NCBI GenBank assembly: GCA_002633005.1
Contig: NMRA01000304.1
Location: forward strand, 337,200 to 401,199
Length of the DNA: 64,000 nucleotides
Origin: Phoronis australis
Taxonomy: Eukaryota > Animalia > Phoronida
Reading direction: 5' to 3'
In this document: one piece after another, positions 1-11,300 of the stretch
Numbering within the stretch: position 1 is the stretch's first letter
How the letters are laid out: each line of letters opens with the position of its first letter
Translations under genes and position numbers: made by a program
Notes under the pieces: model-generated
What the model was told of the DNA's origin: nothing
Database searches by the model: none
The model's input: the letters and a program-made list of their open reading frames with translations, nothing else

Positions 1-1075
1 AACCGTAACGAGGCGCAACTTGCAAGCTAACACACTCACAATGGGACATTGAAGTTGCACAGTCATTGTTAGAACAAGTTACAAGACTTTCCGCTTTCAA
101 ATCATTTCTCACTAGTGTGTTAAACACACAAACTGTATCAACCACCCTTGGTTTCTTATCCGTGTGCTCAAAGACCACATCCTTCATGCTGGTAGGGGAA
201 GAATAAAATTTACCCACAAGTTCTGGCAGAACACATTTCTTAAAAACAATTTTAACCTGTCAAGCACTGGACCCCAAAAATCAGAGTCTCGATTCTCTCG
301 ACATGCATATCTTTTGTTGCCCAGACAACAAAATCACAAAACTCTATTGCAAAGAAATATTTGACACTGAACTTGATAATAGTAAGCATGGTCCTTCTTC
401 AATCACAAACTCTCCAATTTTTTCCCAGCATTTGTTGGCTTCGTTTAGCATCGATTCACGGAAACAAAATTGACATTTGACCTCCAGACATTCATCTCCC
501 CAGCAGTCGCAATGTACCACACCATCTGCAGATGCACCGAGAAACGGAGCGTCTGGGTTTATGACGAAACCGCAGTTCATGAAATTAAAGTTTTCATGAA
601 ATTTCTTCATTTCGTTCACATATTCTTGCCGTGCTTGGGCTTCATGTTCAAAGCCCCATGTCGTAGCTTTTGTCGAAAACTTGGAAGTTGTCGGATAACA
701 TATTTGTTTGAGAAGTGACCGTGCCAGTTTTTCTACAGAGGTCCGGCAAACTGCTTTGATACGTTATGCTGTGATCCGGCCACCTCTGAATCTATACAAT
801 TCTCGACAATGTGCCTGGGACCGGCATGGCAGATTCTACTTCATCAGCCTGTTGATAATTAACAGAAATACCATTAAATACAACTGAACACTTCTAAAAG
901 CTCTTTCTTACTTATTCCAATACAGTTCTCATTATAAAGTTCCAAAAACACTTTCGGGTACTTCTCTGCCAAAGTCTTTGGAACATAATGGTCAGAAAAT
1001 TTGGGTACTACAGACAGAATAGCGGGCTTCTTGTCAGCCTTGAACAGGTGATTGAAATTGTTATAACTACCTCCT
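1..1075 (-). pseudogene. Decayed YqaJ/lambda-exonuclease + C-terminal PHD finger ORF (accessory gene of ISL2EU/Harbinger-like or Kolobok-like DNA transposons)
   Basis: Manual minus-strand translation across frameshifts: RSQAHCRELYRFRGGRITA*RIK...ICYP...ATTWGFEHEAQA...GFVINPDAPFLGASADG...CLEVKC...HAYYYQVQCQ...CDFVVW...VERI, then PHD-like VTCSNNDCATSMSHCECVSL running off the window edge. It has an in-frame stop and frameshifts. Confidence 0.85.
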
Positions 1076-1724
1076 GCTGCCGCATTAACATTAAATCCTA
1101 ATGTCTGTCCAGAATTGGTTGACACTGACATGGTAGTAATTTGAAGTGTTGTTTGAAAAGCTTATGTTCCATATGGCTCTGGTGTACAGGTTCAGTATAA
1201 TAATAGGTTGTATTAGTATGTCTGCAGCTACTGCTACAGTCAAGCAGGTTCGGCCTATTGAAGATGGTGAAAGAGTAAAGTCTAGAGTGTACTTACATCA
1301 CGTCAGCACAGGACGGCCGCAAACTCCAGAAGGCCCAGACAATCTTGTCACGTGGTCTTGAAAGGTGACGGGTCACGTGATAACAGGGTGACCTCTGCTG
1401 GGCTCTTCTGGCATCAGATGTCGCACTAGGCCAAGACCAACATTGCAACGAAAAGGACATCACAACATAGAGACGCCACCGCTGAGACTGATGTCGACAT
1501 TTACTACATTCCTCCCTTCCCTAAAGAAAAGGAGTGGAGCCCTTATATAGCAAATGGCGAACGTCATTCCCAACATCTAAACATAAATCCTGGACTAAAA
1601 AAACAGTAACAAGAACTTAAACCCCATAACTAAAATGATGTGGGATGACCCTAGTAAAGTACCAATTTCTGATTATGACTAAACAAAACTATTCTCCCCC
1701 CTACCAAAAAAAACACAAAAACTT

Positions 1725-2240
1725 TAGAAACTGCCTCACATGACCGGCGAAGACGAAGTGGCAGTTTCTAAAGAACCCCGTCCACCGGAGTACATCCTCG
1801 GGCGCACCTCCAAAACAATGGAGATTCAAACTCAACTCTGCACCACAGCGGCACTTCAGGAGATCAAAGACGAAGTCTTGTCCCTCCAAGAAGCGTGGAT
1901 TGTCGGGGAAACCACGAAGGTGGATCTCCACAAAGATCCGCATAATCTCCTCCAGAGCCTCTTTTTTGATGGCCAAGTCCTCCCGGGCCTCCAGACCGAC
2001 CTAGCCTAGGCCAGCTACAAAGGGCTCCTTTAGCAGCTGGGAGAGACGCTCTAGAACACCGGAATTTGTTGTTCCAACCCGTTTGGGGTGGATACCCACC
2101 ACAGCCTTCCAGCCATGTGGGAAACGGGAAGCTTCAACGTACTTCCAGTTTTCCACATCGCAGAAACTGCAATCCCACCAACCAACCGTACAGGTTTTTG
2201 AGAAACCCGTGGCAGCTGGGCACTGAGCATCGGGTCGATC
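1725..2240 (-). pseudogene. TatD-family DNase fragment, copy 1
   Basis: Minus-strand translation: PVRLVGGIAV/FCDVENW...KAVVGIHPK...LERLSQLLKEPFVAGLG*VGLE...EIHLRG...LNLHCFGG...WTGFFRNCHFVFAGHV. This gives the TatD motifs GxHP, GExGLD, HxR and HCFxG in the correct order, with one stop and one frameshift. Confidence 0.75.
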
Positions 2241-2639
2241 CTCCAGAAGGCCCAGACGATCTTGTCACATGGTCTTGAAAGGTGACGGGTCACGTGATAA
2301 CAGGGTGACCTCTGCTGGGCTCTTGTGGCGTCAGATGTCGCACCAGGCCAAGACCAACATTGTAACGAAAAGGACATCACAACATAGAGACGCCACCGCT
2401 GAGACTGACGTCGACATTTACTACATTCCTCCCTTCCCTAAAGAAAAGGAGTGGAGCCCTTATATAGCAAATGGCGAACGTCATTCCCAACATCTAAACA
2501 TAAATCCTGGACTAAAAAAACAGTAACAAGAACTTGAACCCCATAACTAAAATGATGTGGAATGACCCTAGTAAAGTACCAATTTCTGATTATGACTAAA
2601 CAAAACTATTCTCCCCCCTACCAAAAAAAACAAAAACTT

Positions 2640-3155
2640 TAGAAACTGCCTCACATGACCGGCGAAGTCGAAGTGGCAGTTTCTAAAGAACCCCGTCCAC
2701 CGGAGTACATCCTCGGGCGCACCTCCAAAACAATGGAGATTCAAACTCAAGTCTGCACCACAGCGGCACTTCAGGAGATCAAAGACGAAGTCTTGTCCCT
2801 CCAAGAAGCGTGGATTGTCGGGGGAACCACGAAGGTGGATCTCCGCAAAGATCCGCATCATCTCCTCCAGAGCCTCTTTTTTGATGGCCAAGTCCTCCCG
2901 GGCCTCCAGACCGACCTAGCCTAGGCCAGCTACAAAGGGCTCCTTTAGCAGCTGGGAGAGACGCTCTAGAACACCGGAATTTGTTGTTCCAACCCGTTTG
3001 GGGTGGATACCCACCACAGCCTTCCAGCCATGTGGGAAACGGGAAGCTTCAACGTACTTCCAGTTTTCCACATCGCAGAAACTGCAATCCCACCAACCAA
3101 CCGTACAGGTTTTTGAGAAACCCGTGGCAGCTGGGCACTGAGCATCGGGTCGATC
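2640..3155 (-). pseudogene. TatD-family DNase fragment, copy 2
   Basis: 915-bp-offset duplicate of 1725-2240 with the same motifs and the same lesions. Confidence 0.75.
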
Positions 3156-3477
3156 CTCCAGAAGGCCCAGACGATCTTGTCACATGGTCTTGAAAGGTGA
3201 CGGGTCACGTGATAACAGGGTGACCTCTGCTGGGCTCTTGTGGCGTCAGATGTCGCACCAGGCCAAGACCAACATTGTAACGAAAAGGACATCACAACAT
3301 AGAGACGCCACCGCTGAGACTGACGTCGACATTTACTACAAATTTTATTTTACTTGCCTGGATAATTGCAAGTATGCTGATTCATTTCACAAGTAACTTC
3401 ATTTAGAATGGCCAAAAAAGTGAAATTTGACCCCTGTGAGCTTGCATAATACATGGACAACTTGATAAAAGTATTTA

Positions 3478-3700
3478 CTCGACATAAACAATATTGTTGC
3501 CTGGTAGGCTTGCCCTCGCCACTCTGTGAGATGCTGGCCTTCAGGTTGAAGGTTTGCTTCAGGCCCTAAGCAGCCTACATTCAAGTCATCTGCCCCTTCC
3601 AACTTATGGAGAGGCAGCACTTCTTTGTATTGGTCATCGATGTACTTAATCGCAAACCAAATTACTGTTATTAGCCACTCACCATTGAGAGTCTTTGTTG
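3478..3700 (-). pseudogene. Exon-like coding segment (TLNGEWLITVIWFAIKYIDDQYKEVLPLHKLEG...WRGQAYQATILFMS), probably from a spliced transposon accessory gene
   Basis: Open frame ending at a GT donor (TCGA|GTAAAT). A second full copy lies at ~16035-16260, and a 3'-truncated form is part of the satellite unit. The family is not identified. Confidence 0.45.
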
Positions 3701-4295
3701 AATAAGAATTATGCATGCATGCATGCTTAATAGATAAACTAGTATTAAAAACAATTCAGCTACATAACTACAGCGCATGCTGGTCCTGAATGACCAATGA
3801 CTCCTTGATGTACAGTAATTCCTTTATAGGTTCTTTACAAATAATACTAACTGAATTTGCTTGGTGTGTGTTCGTTTTTTAACGCTCATTTATGGGATTG
3901 GTTTTCCCTATGGGATCAGACTTTCGACGAAAACTGTATTTGTGTGAGAAAAAGAGCAGGTCGATCAGAGTGATGTGGACCACAGATATAATGGTTATGG
4001 AGAACTTTAAGCAGCTTGCCATTAACATTGTATGACTATTTCTAATTCTTCGTGACTAAGTGAGAGATGATTTTTAGAGACCTAACAATATCCCTTAGGC
4101 GAGTACTGGAGACTGGGTCAGTTCTAAAAGCTGACAAAGAATCAGGAATATGTGGCACCTGCTTTGAATACGATTTAACAAGACTAACTTGATTGTTTAT
4201 GAGGAACTGCTGACAAGTGCATGTTCAGGAAGGTAATCCAGCATTTAATCCCGATACTTGTTCAGGAACAGCGTTGTACCATCCTCTTGAAATCT

Positions 4296-5906
4296 TGCTT
4301 CGACCCCTAAGCAGTCTACATTCAAGTCATTTGCTCCTTCCAACTTATGGAGAGGCAGTACTTCTTTGTATTGGTCATCGATGTACTTAATCGGACACCA
4401 AATTACTGTTATTAGCCACTCACCATTGAGAGTCTGTTGAATAAGAATTATGCATGCATGCATGCTTATAAGATAAACCAATTACAATTCAGCTACATAG
4501 CTACAGCACACAACGTACGAACTGTACACAGTTGCTGAAAACTTTGGGACTGAACTATAGTTCGACTTGCATATAGTCAAACTGTTTGTAATTGAATTAG
4601 TTACGTGGTGTGAAAGTGTGGTTACTAAATACAATTGAAAATATCACAACGCAGTCTTCTGATATCTATAGGACTATGTGATATGAAAGTGTGGTGACTA
4701 AATACAATTGAAAGTATCAGAACATACAGTCTACTGAAGGTAACTGAAAAAGATCACTACGAAATATGTATTATTGTTTGGACAAAGGACAAATCTGCTG
4801 CGCGCATCTAATGGGAGTCATCGTGGCCCTTGAGACTCGCACTGACTTCTAACAGTTACCCAGATATTCACTGTGGTCCAGTGTAATTCGTATTCGATAG
4901 ACCACAATACGTTACGTGGGATACAGGTATTTGGAGATAATCATAACTCTTTCTGTGTTGTATGGGTTGACACTCTAACAATCCACAGCTTCCTGTACAC
5001 ATTCCGATATGGATAGATGCAGGGAAGCTACAAAATCCCATAAACAAAGCCATTAATAAATCAATATCATCCAGTCTGTAAGGGTTGTCTTTTAGGTGGA
5101 AGCGAATGGTTGGAGTTAGAAGTTTTGGTGGCACCAAAACATACATAGCAAGTATGCACACATAGTAACAAATAACAACACTAAATACCAAGTATGATAG
5201 ATACAGAGATTCTAAATAAAATAAGCAAGATCTTTCCACTTAGTTATGTGTCGCTCCAACTCAAAATTTTGTAGGCTTATTCTGAATGTAATATAATTGC
5301 CCTCGCCACTCTGTGAGACACTGGCCCCCAGGTTGAAAGTTTGCTTCGGGCCCCAAGCAGCCTGCATTCACGTCATCTGCTCCTTCCAACTTATGGAGAG
5401 GCAGTACTTCTTTGTATTGGTCATCGATGTACTTAATCGGTCACCAAATTACTATATTAGCCACTCACCATTGAGAGTCTGTTGAATAAGAATTATGCAT
5501 GTATGCATGCTCATAAGATAAACCAATTACAATTCAGCTACATAGCTACAGCACACAACGTACGAACTGTACACAGTCGCTGAAAACTTTGGGACTGAAC
5601 TACAGTTCGACTTGCATATAGTTAAATTGTTTGTAATTGAATTAGTTATGTGGTGTGAAAGTGTGGTTACTAAATACAATTGGAAATATCACAACGCAAT
5701 CTTCTGATATCTATAGGACTACGTGATATGAAAGTGTGGTGACTAAATGCAATTGAAAATATCAGAACGTACAGTCTACAGAAGGTAACTGAATGAGATC
5801 ACTACGAAATATGTATTATTGTTTGGACAAAGGACAAATCTGCTGCACGCATCTAATGGGAGTCGTTGTGGCCCTCGAGAGCCGCACTGACATCTAACAG
5901 TTACCC
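4296..5906. repeat. ~1.5 copies of the ~1.05-kb satellite unit
   Basis: Same sequence as the units at 16-24 kb (landmark ttagttatgtgtcgctccaactc at 5240). Confidence 0.95.
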
Positions 5907-6373
5907 TTGAACACCAGAAGGTGGGATTTGTAGAGCTCTTCCGTCATGTGCTACCATTACTGTCTTTCAAGAAATCTCTTTCTTTTTACATGTCGAGTGA
6001 AAGGAATGTTTAGATGCCTGAGGCAAAACGTCACATAAAACAGATTGAACAAGTTGAGACGTCCGTCTGTTACATTTCCTTTTGAAGTCTGTATCATTGA
6101 ATTCTTCAAACTTGTGCTCAGTCTATTTTCTGTCAAAACAAGCGGAACGCTTCTCTTGTTTTCTGGTAGGGAATATGTCACTGTTGACGTATAAGTCTGT
6201 CCATATCCAGTCAAACCAACATTCGTCAGATACATGACTATGGCCATTTCGTCATCATGAGAAACAATTTCATCAGTAATCTTGTAAACCACAATCTCTT
6301 TAAATGATTCTGTGAGTCGACAATTCACGTCTTGATTCCAAACTCTCAACACGCTTTTAAATCCTATCTCCAT
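5905..6373 (-). repeat. Dispersed duplicate of 24600-25063; decayed ORF fragment of unknown transposon-associated family
   Basis: Direct sequence match between the two sites. Minus-strand frame reads ...LNLFNLFYVTFCLRHLNIPFTRHVK (SAP-like resemblance only). Confidence 0.7.
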
Positions 6374-6594
6374 AGGGTCAAAAAGCTTTTGGTAATTAGG
6401 CTTAATTGTGATCACGAAACGTAGATAGAAGATGAAAGTTACACTAGGAAGAAAGAGAGCTGCCGTTGTGAACATCATTTCGAATGTCTGTTGTCTTGTC
6501 ATGTTGGATGACCGGATTCAAGTGATCAACAGAAAAACAAGGACAGTACCAGAAAAATTCAATTCAATTGTTGCATATGCAAAGCTGACTTTCA

Positions 6595-7508
6595 TGTGGG
6601 CAAGATAGGTGTCATTCAAAATCCGCTTCAGGTAGGGCACGCTGTAAAACAAAAGTGAGTTGCTGAAGCTTTCCAATTGCCGAATGTGCCCGATACAGCT
6701 CGGGGTCGTCTGTGAATGAAGTATGGTGTCTTAATGCTGGTCAGAAAATTGTCAACTTGTCTCAGACTCTTCCTGATGGAGAACTCTTCTTTAGAATTAT
6801 GTGAGTCAACCCAAGCACTCAACAACAACCGTTTAGCTGTTCCCAACAAAATTCCGTACATATAATCAGTTACGATGTTACTTGTCATGGAGAAATACGG
6901 TAGACACTATAAAATACAATCACCAAAGAAACCTTGGTAATGTCGGGATGTATTCACTGCATGTTCGGTAGCATTACTGATATCCCTATCAGTTCTCAAA
7001 GTCAATGCAGGACGGTAAGGATATGACCGGCATTGTCCTTTACCAGTTTTTACTATTTCGCCGGGTTCCAAGCAATAAAGACACCCACACTCCCCATTGT
7101 GTTGCATCATGTTGGTGACATATGCTCTAGCCTGCAAATCCATTTTGCAAACAACAAGCATGGCTTGAACTTGCACCTTGTTATAATTGATGTCAACCTC
7201 AATCCCCTCGTTATACAGCCTGTTCATGTCTTCCACAAAGGGGCTGAAGAACATGGACATTTTCGGTTTACCGCAACGTTGCCAAACACCCCACAAAATC
7301 ATGTTTTTCTTGCTGAAACGTTCTTAAGCTGGTAGCTCATTGATGATTTGATATACAGGCCACATGGACACCCCTGAGCTTTTAAACAGTGGCACACCAT
7401 CAATAAACATAGAGAATGTGATGTTATTAGTTCCATCTAAAAATCCACCTGGATGCTGGAGCTTACGGTAAGCAGATCCAGAATTGATGTCTGATATTAC
7501 AACATTTG
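6595..7508 (-). pseudogene. EnSpm/CACTA (Transposase_21-type) transposase core fragment
   Basis: ISDINSGSAYRKL...ITFSMFIDGVPLFKSSGVSMWPVYQIINELPA*ERF...NMILWGVW...KP...DLQARA...QHNGECGCLYCLEPG...DYMYGILLG...RRPR...WKAS...LFYSVPYL; contains stops and frameshifts. Confidence 0.9.
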
Positions 7509-8099
7509 GAATGTCTGTTGCCTTGTCATGTTGGATGACCAGATTGAAGTGATCAACAGAAAAACAAGGACAGTACCAGAAAAATCCAATTCAGTTGATG
7601 AATATACAAAGCTGACTTTCATGTGGACAATCTTGACGCCTACAAGGGATGTCGGCAACAATCAGTTGGAATGTACTAGTTAAATGGGCATTTTCATTTT
7701 CCACATTACAAAATATACCTATGCTGCCCCTCCTTGATTTATCACTGTAAGTCAAGATTATAGACTTAAGTCAAGCTCCCATTAAGTCATGATTGATGTC
7801 ATATCCATGAAATTTCTGAGCCATATTTCCTGAGACCTTGTAAATTACCATCTCTTGAAATATGAATATGGCAATCTCTTCCAATGTCATGATCACTCCT
7901 CTGAAATGAATGGGCTGATGTTAGCCCTTGGTAAGCCGGCTGTATATGGGTCATCTATAAATCTTGGTGAAGAAAGGTGTTTTGAACTCTTACTTTATAG
8001 TTCTAAGGACCTCTCGACACCAGATGGTCGGGCGCTCACCTACATGCTGTCTTCACGGTTCAGATAACTTTAATAAAGTCTTCCTCTCTTAAGAACTCA

Positions 8100-9290
8100 G
8101 CACGGACTTAATCACATGTGGCTGTCAACCTCTAGTACAGTCACCCGGAAATTGCGGTTTTCACTACACTCCTCCCTCTTCTGTTTGAGGCGTGATACCC
8201 ACTAAAAATCCCAAAAACAAAACTTCAAAGCAAGGAGAGACTCCTTGTGCTCTAAGAATGACAACTATACCAAAAACTCAAAACAACACTGAGGTCCCAC
8301 TCTAGTCAATACTTATGTACATTTCCATGAAAACTTGTAAACGGCTAGACAGAATTTCTGCTGCCAATGAGTTTCAACAGTATGAACAATGTAAGTAACC
8401 TTCAAAAGTTCAAAACTAACAAGGACTTTGTACAACCCTAGTCTGACCAACTTTAGTATAGGTATGTAAACTAAAAACTCGCACCACCTAGGGAGCCACC
8501 AGTCCGGCATCCACCATCAGGGTACAGGTCAGCGATACATCTAGCAGCTCTCCTTCAGTCCACTCTGAACCCACCAGGGCCACAAAGACATGTCGTAGTC
8601 TCACGACGTACTGACACAAACCCTGGCGTTCAAGAATAAGAAAACTGTTTGTCCTCACTTGTTCTGTACCACCCCCTAGTGTCAAGTTCCCCACCCCCCA
8701 TAAAGACGGACACTAGCTTCCAGGAGGTCAGCAGCTGCCTTGTTCTATCTCTTACTTCAGCCAATAGATCGACGACTTCAGATTGCGTACTTGACTGAAA
8801 CTACCTATCCTCAGTGGGATAGTTAAGTATAAAACGGATAGTAATAATCTGCGTTCTCAAAATAAGCTTGTCTGTCATCATCCAGGTTTATGTAGTCTGT
8901 ATGAAACTAGTCTTTACAGCCACTACACTCTATCATGGTACGACCAATGTGTGGTCTGCAACAAAACAGTAAAACTTGCCCTTATCTTTTTTCACCTTAT
9001 GCAGTGTCTGAAGATCTTGCATATGACGCTTAGTCCAACCAGGCAACTCCTTAATTTGCAGGCAGTGAGGCTATGATGGTTCATCACTGTAATACAGTTA
9101 CTGGCTTTAACAATCGGACAATTTCTCCACAGTAATTGCTGGACCCTTGCAAGTTGAGGTTAGGTTTTTACATACTCCTTCAATGATGGCAGAATCTAAA
9201 ACTAATTCGACCGAATAGCTTAGCTTGTGCAATTCAACATCATGTTCCCTATCTCCAACAGTCGCCTATGCAAAGTTACGACTGGTTAAC
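8100..9290 (-). mobile_element. Gypsy-type LTR retrotransposon 3' fragment: integrase GPY/F region + PHD finger, 3' region, PPT, start of 3' LTR
   Basis: LDSAIIEGV*KNLTSTCKGPAITVEKLSDC...NHHSL...KELPGWTKR, then FYCF-CRPHIGRTMIECSGCKD*FHTDYINL...YYYPFY (decayed PHD, ~8825-8975). PPT AAGAGGGAGGAG (8169-8180) is followed by TGTAGTGAAAACC starting at 8168. The far LTR end is unresolved. Confidence 0.7.
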
Positions 9291-9291
9291 T

Positions 9292-10651
9292 AAATGTCCT
9301 TTCCATGCTGCGCCTCACTAAAGTCTTATCTGGTTATAGTCACTTCAGTGCGATATGATATCCCTGACAACTCTAATAATAATGAAGCATTGTGATAACA
9401 ACCAACATTGTCACTTCTCAAGCCACAGCTGACAATACCCGGATTGTTTTCCTTTATACAACCAAGAATATGCTCGATGATCCCTGCTACAATTCTGTAC
9501 CACACTTTCAAACACGTGCAAGTAGCAATCTACTAGAAATTTATCATTCTCTTTCAATACAACACACGCCACATGCCATGATTTGCCTCGTTTCCAAAGA
9601 AGTAGGTCATTCTTTCTCGAAAATACAGAGGGAGAAATTTCATGGCCGAGTCCATGACAATCAAAACTACTTCCATCAACTGACTTTAAAATATCAACCT
9701 GTGCTGCATCCTGCTGTTGAGACCGTAATATATGACGTTTCCGGTCATAAATGGCAGACTCAGCCAGGGCAAAATCATGCATATGTTCCTCCTTTGACAG
9801 AGAATGTTTCTCAATGATTTCACGAATTTCTTCCTGACATGCAGTGAGGCACACGTCTCACTGTGATCGTGGTTGCACACAACTCTGTATTCACTGTGAA
9901 CCTCATTCCATTTCTTGGCTAAATGTCAATAACGCAATATTTCGCTAAGAAAACACTCGAACCAATTCTTGTTATGTTGAATAAAAGTTTTTGTCATCTT
10001 TTCATTGCAGTTCATTTCCAATTTGGGTTACATTTTTCATATTTTCTGCTTTGCTGCCCTCTATTGGTGGCAATATGAAACGTGAAAGTGGTGAAAGTGC
10101 ATTCGCTAAAGTGTAAATTTGAGAATTAAAAAAGGTGCTGTCCACGGAAATAAAAATATAGTGTCAAAGACAAGAGCTGTAGCTAGTACAGGAGGTATGT
10201 GAGGATTGTGGGCGTTTTTGCACGCTTGAAGTACATAGGCCTCTAACTAGGTCCAAATAGATAGCTGTTTCTGGAACGTGGAGGCTAAGCATTCAAAAGT
10301 TCTTTAAAAATATCAAAATACGTCATTCTGATTTATTTTTGTCATTCTCAGTTTCAGAAAGGATAGAAGTGCATCACGAAATCAAGTTTTGATTTTTTAA
10401 ACCCCAGCAAAGTGGTTTAATTCCCATTGAAACATAGGGCATTTTCAGCAGCCGCGCACGAGGAGTTACGGCCAATTTCTCACTTGATTTAGTTATTCGT
10501 TATATATTAACAAAGCCACGAAAGACAAAGCTAATTTTTATATTTTGGGGGATAATTCACCCCAAGTGATGGGTACACTATATCAAATTTAAAATGACAT
10601 GCCATGTTCCCAGATTATTGCAAATTGCCTGAACTTCTCACGCAGTGACTC
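9292..10651 (-). mobile_element. Truncated Sola3-like DNA transposon (transposase fragment plus one long terminal region)
   Basis: CNHDHSETC...KRHILRSQQQD...LIVMDSAMKFLPLYFRERMTYFFG-RGKSWHVACV...LRSDNVGCYH...DFSEAQHGKDI (9292-9900). The terminus reads GAGTCACTGCG next to TTAA at 10652-10655, matching the GAG/TTAA signature described for Sola3. Confidence 0.7.
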
Positions 10652-10709
10652 TTAAACATAAAACCATTAATGAATCTACATCATCCAGTCTGTAAGGGTT
10701 GTCTTGCAA

Positions 10710-11300
10710 TGAGATTAAGAAAAAAGAAAGAAAAAAGAAACTATAAGCTCAAACAGTTAGACGCCTTTAAAAAGGAAGAGGGCGTGCAGTATAAATCAGG
10801 TGCATTTCATGCCAGTTGAAAAGAATTGTTCATGCTAGTTAAGAATAATTGGGATAAACTTATCTATCCAAGGCACTGTACAAGTTTTCTGTGAATCGTA
10901 CTGTAATTTATTTTCATGTGACGTACTTATGAAGTTGCTGTGTCTGTCATTCTTCATTAGTTATTTGTTGTAAATGTTCAGTACCGAGTTTCATTTGATT
11001 TTTCTTTGTACTGTGCGACAAACTTGCATATATTTCTCAATTATATTAATACTTTCTGTATTCATACCAATGCACCACTTCGTTGTCACAGGTCTGTGTG
11101 AAACATATCTATGACATTATAGGCATTTTTGCTTACGGTTGGACATAAGTAAATCCTTGTATTCATTCCATGTCTTACATTTATTACTGTTTTCAAGAGA
11201 TGATCAATTGCGACGACAAAAACTTTGCCGATGTTACCTAAGCTTTACAGAAGTTTCTAGACCTTTGGTGAAGCAAACACAATGTTTATGCCTAAATATC
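10710..11300 (+). mobile_element. Kolobok-like transposase C-terminal tail with a convergent decayed antisense ORF
   Basis: Plus frame RLRKKKEKRNYKLKQLDAFKKEEGVQYKSGAFHAS* (10710-10819) has the basic tail plus EGxxYxxGxF ending typical of Kolobok/Mutator-like transposases. A decayed Cys/His-containing frame lies on the minus strand at ~10990-11295. Confidence 0.45.

Larger units (their letters stand above)
1196..3340 (-). mobile_element. Internally deleted Gypsy-like LTR element in tandem dimer (partial LTR-internal-partial LTR-internal-full LTR)
   Basis: Near-identical 917/915-bp direct units. On the minus strand TGTAGTAAATG starts at 3340, 2425 and 1508; the last two are preceded by the polypurine tract AGGGAAGGGAGGAA. 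Putative full LTR is 1196-1508. The flanks (1087-1198 and 3341-3780) are nearly contiguous in the uninterrupted paralogous locus at 15766-16330. Confidence 0.75.

Noticed and set aside
1740-3193. Plus-strand ORFs in the 915-bp unit (MTGEDEVAV..., MLFQPVW...)
   Set aside because: No motifs; they are antisense shadows of the minus-strand TatD frame.
8490-9000. Possible second TatD-like frame in the Gypsy fragment
   Set aside because: The resemblance was weak; a different frame at 8825-8975 gives a far better PHD pattern continuing integrase.
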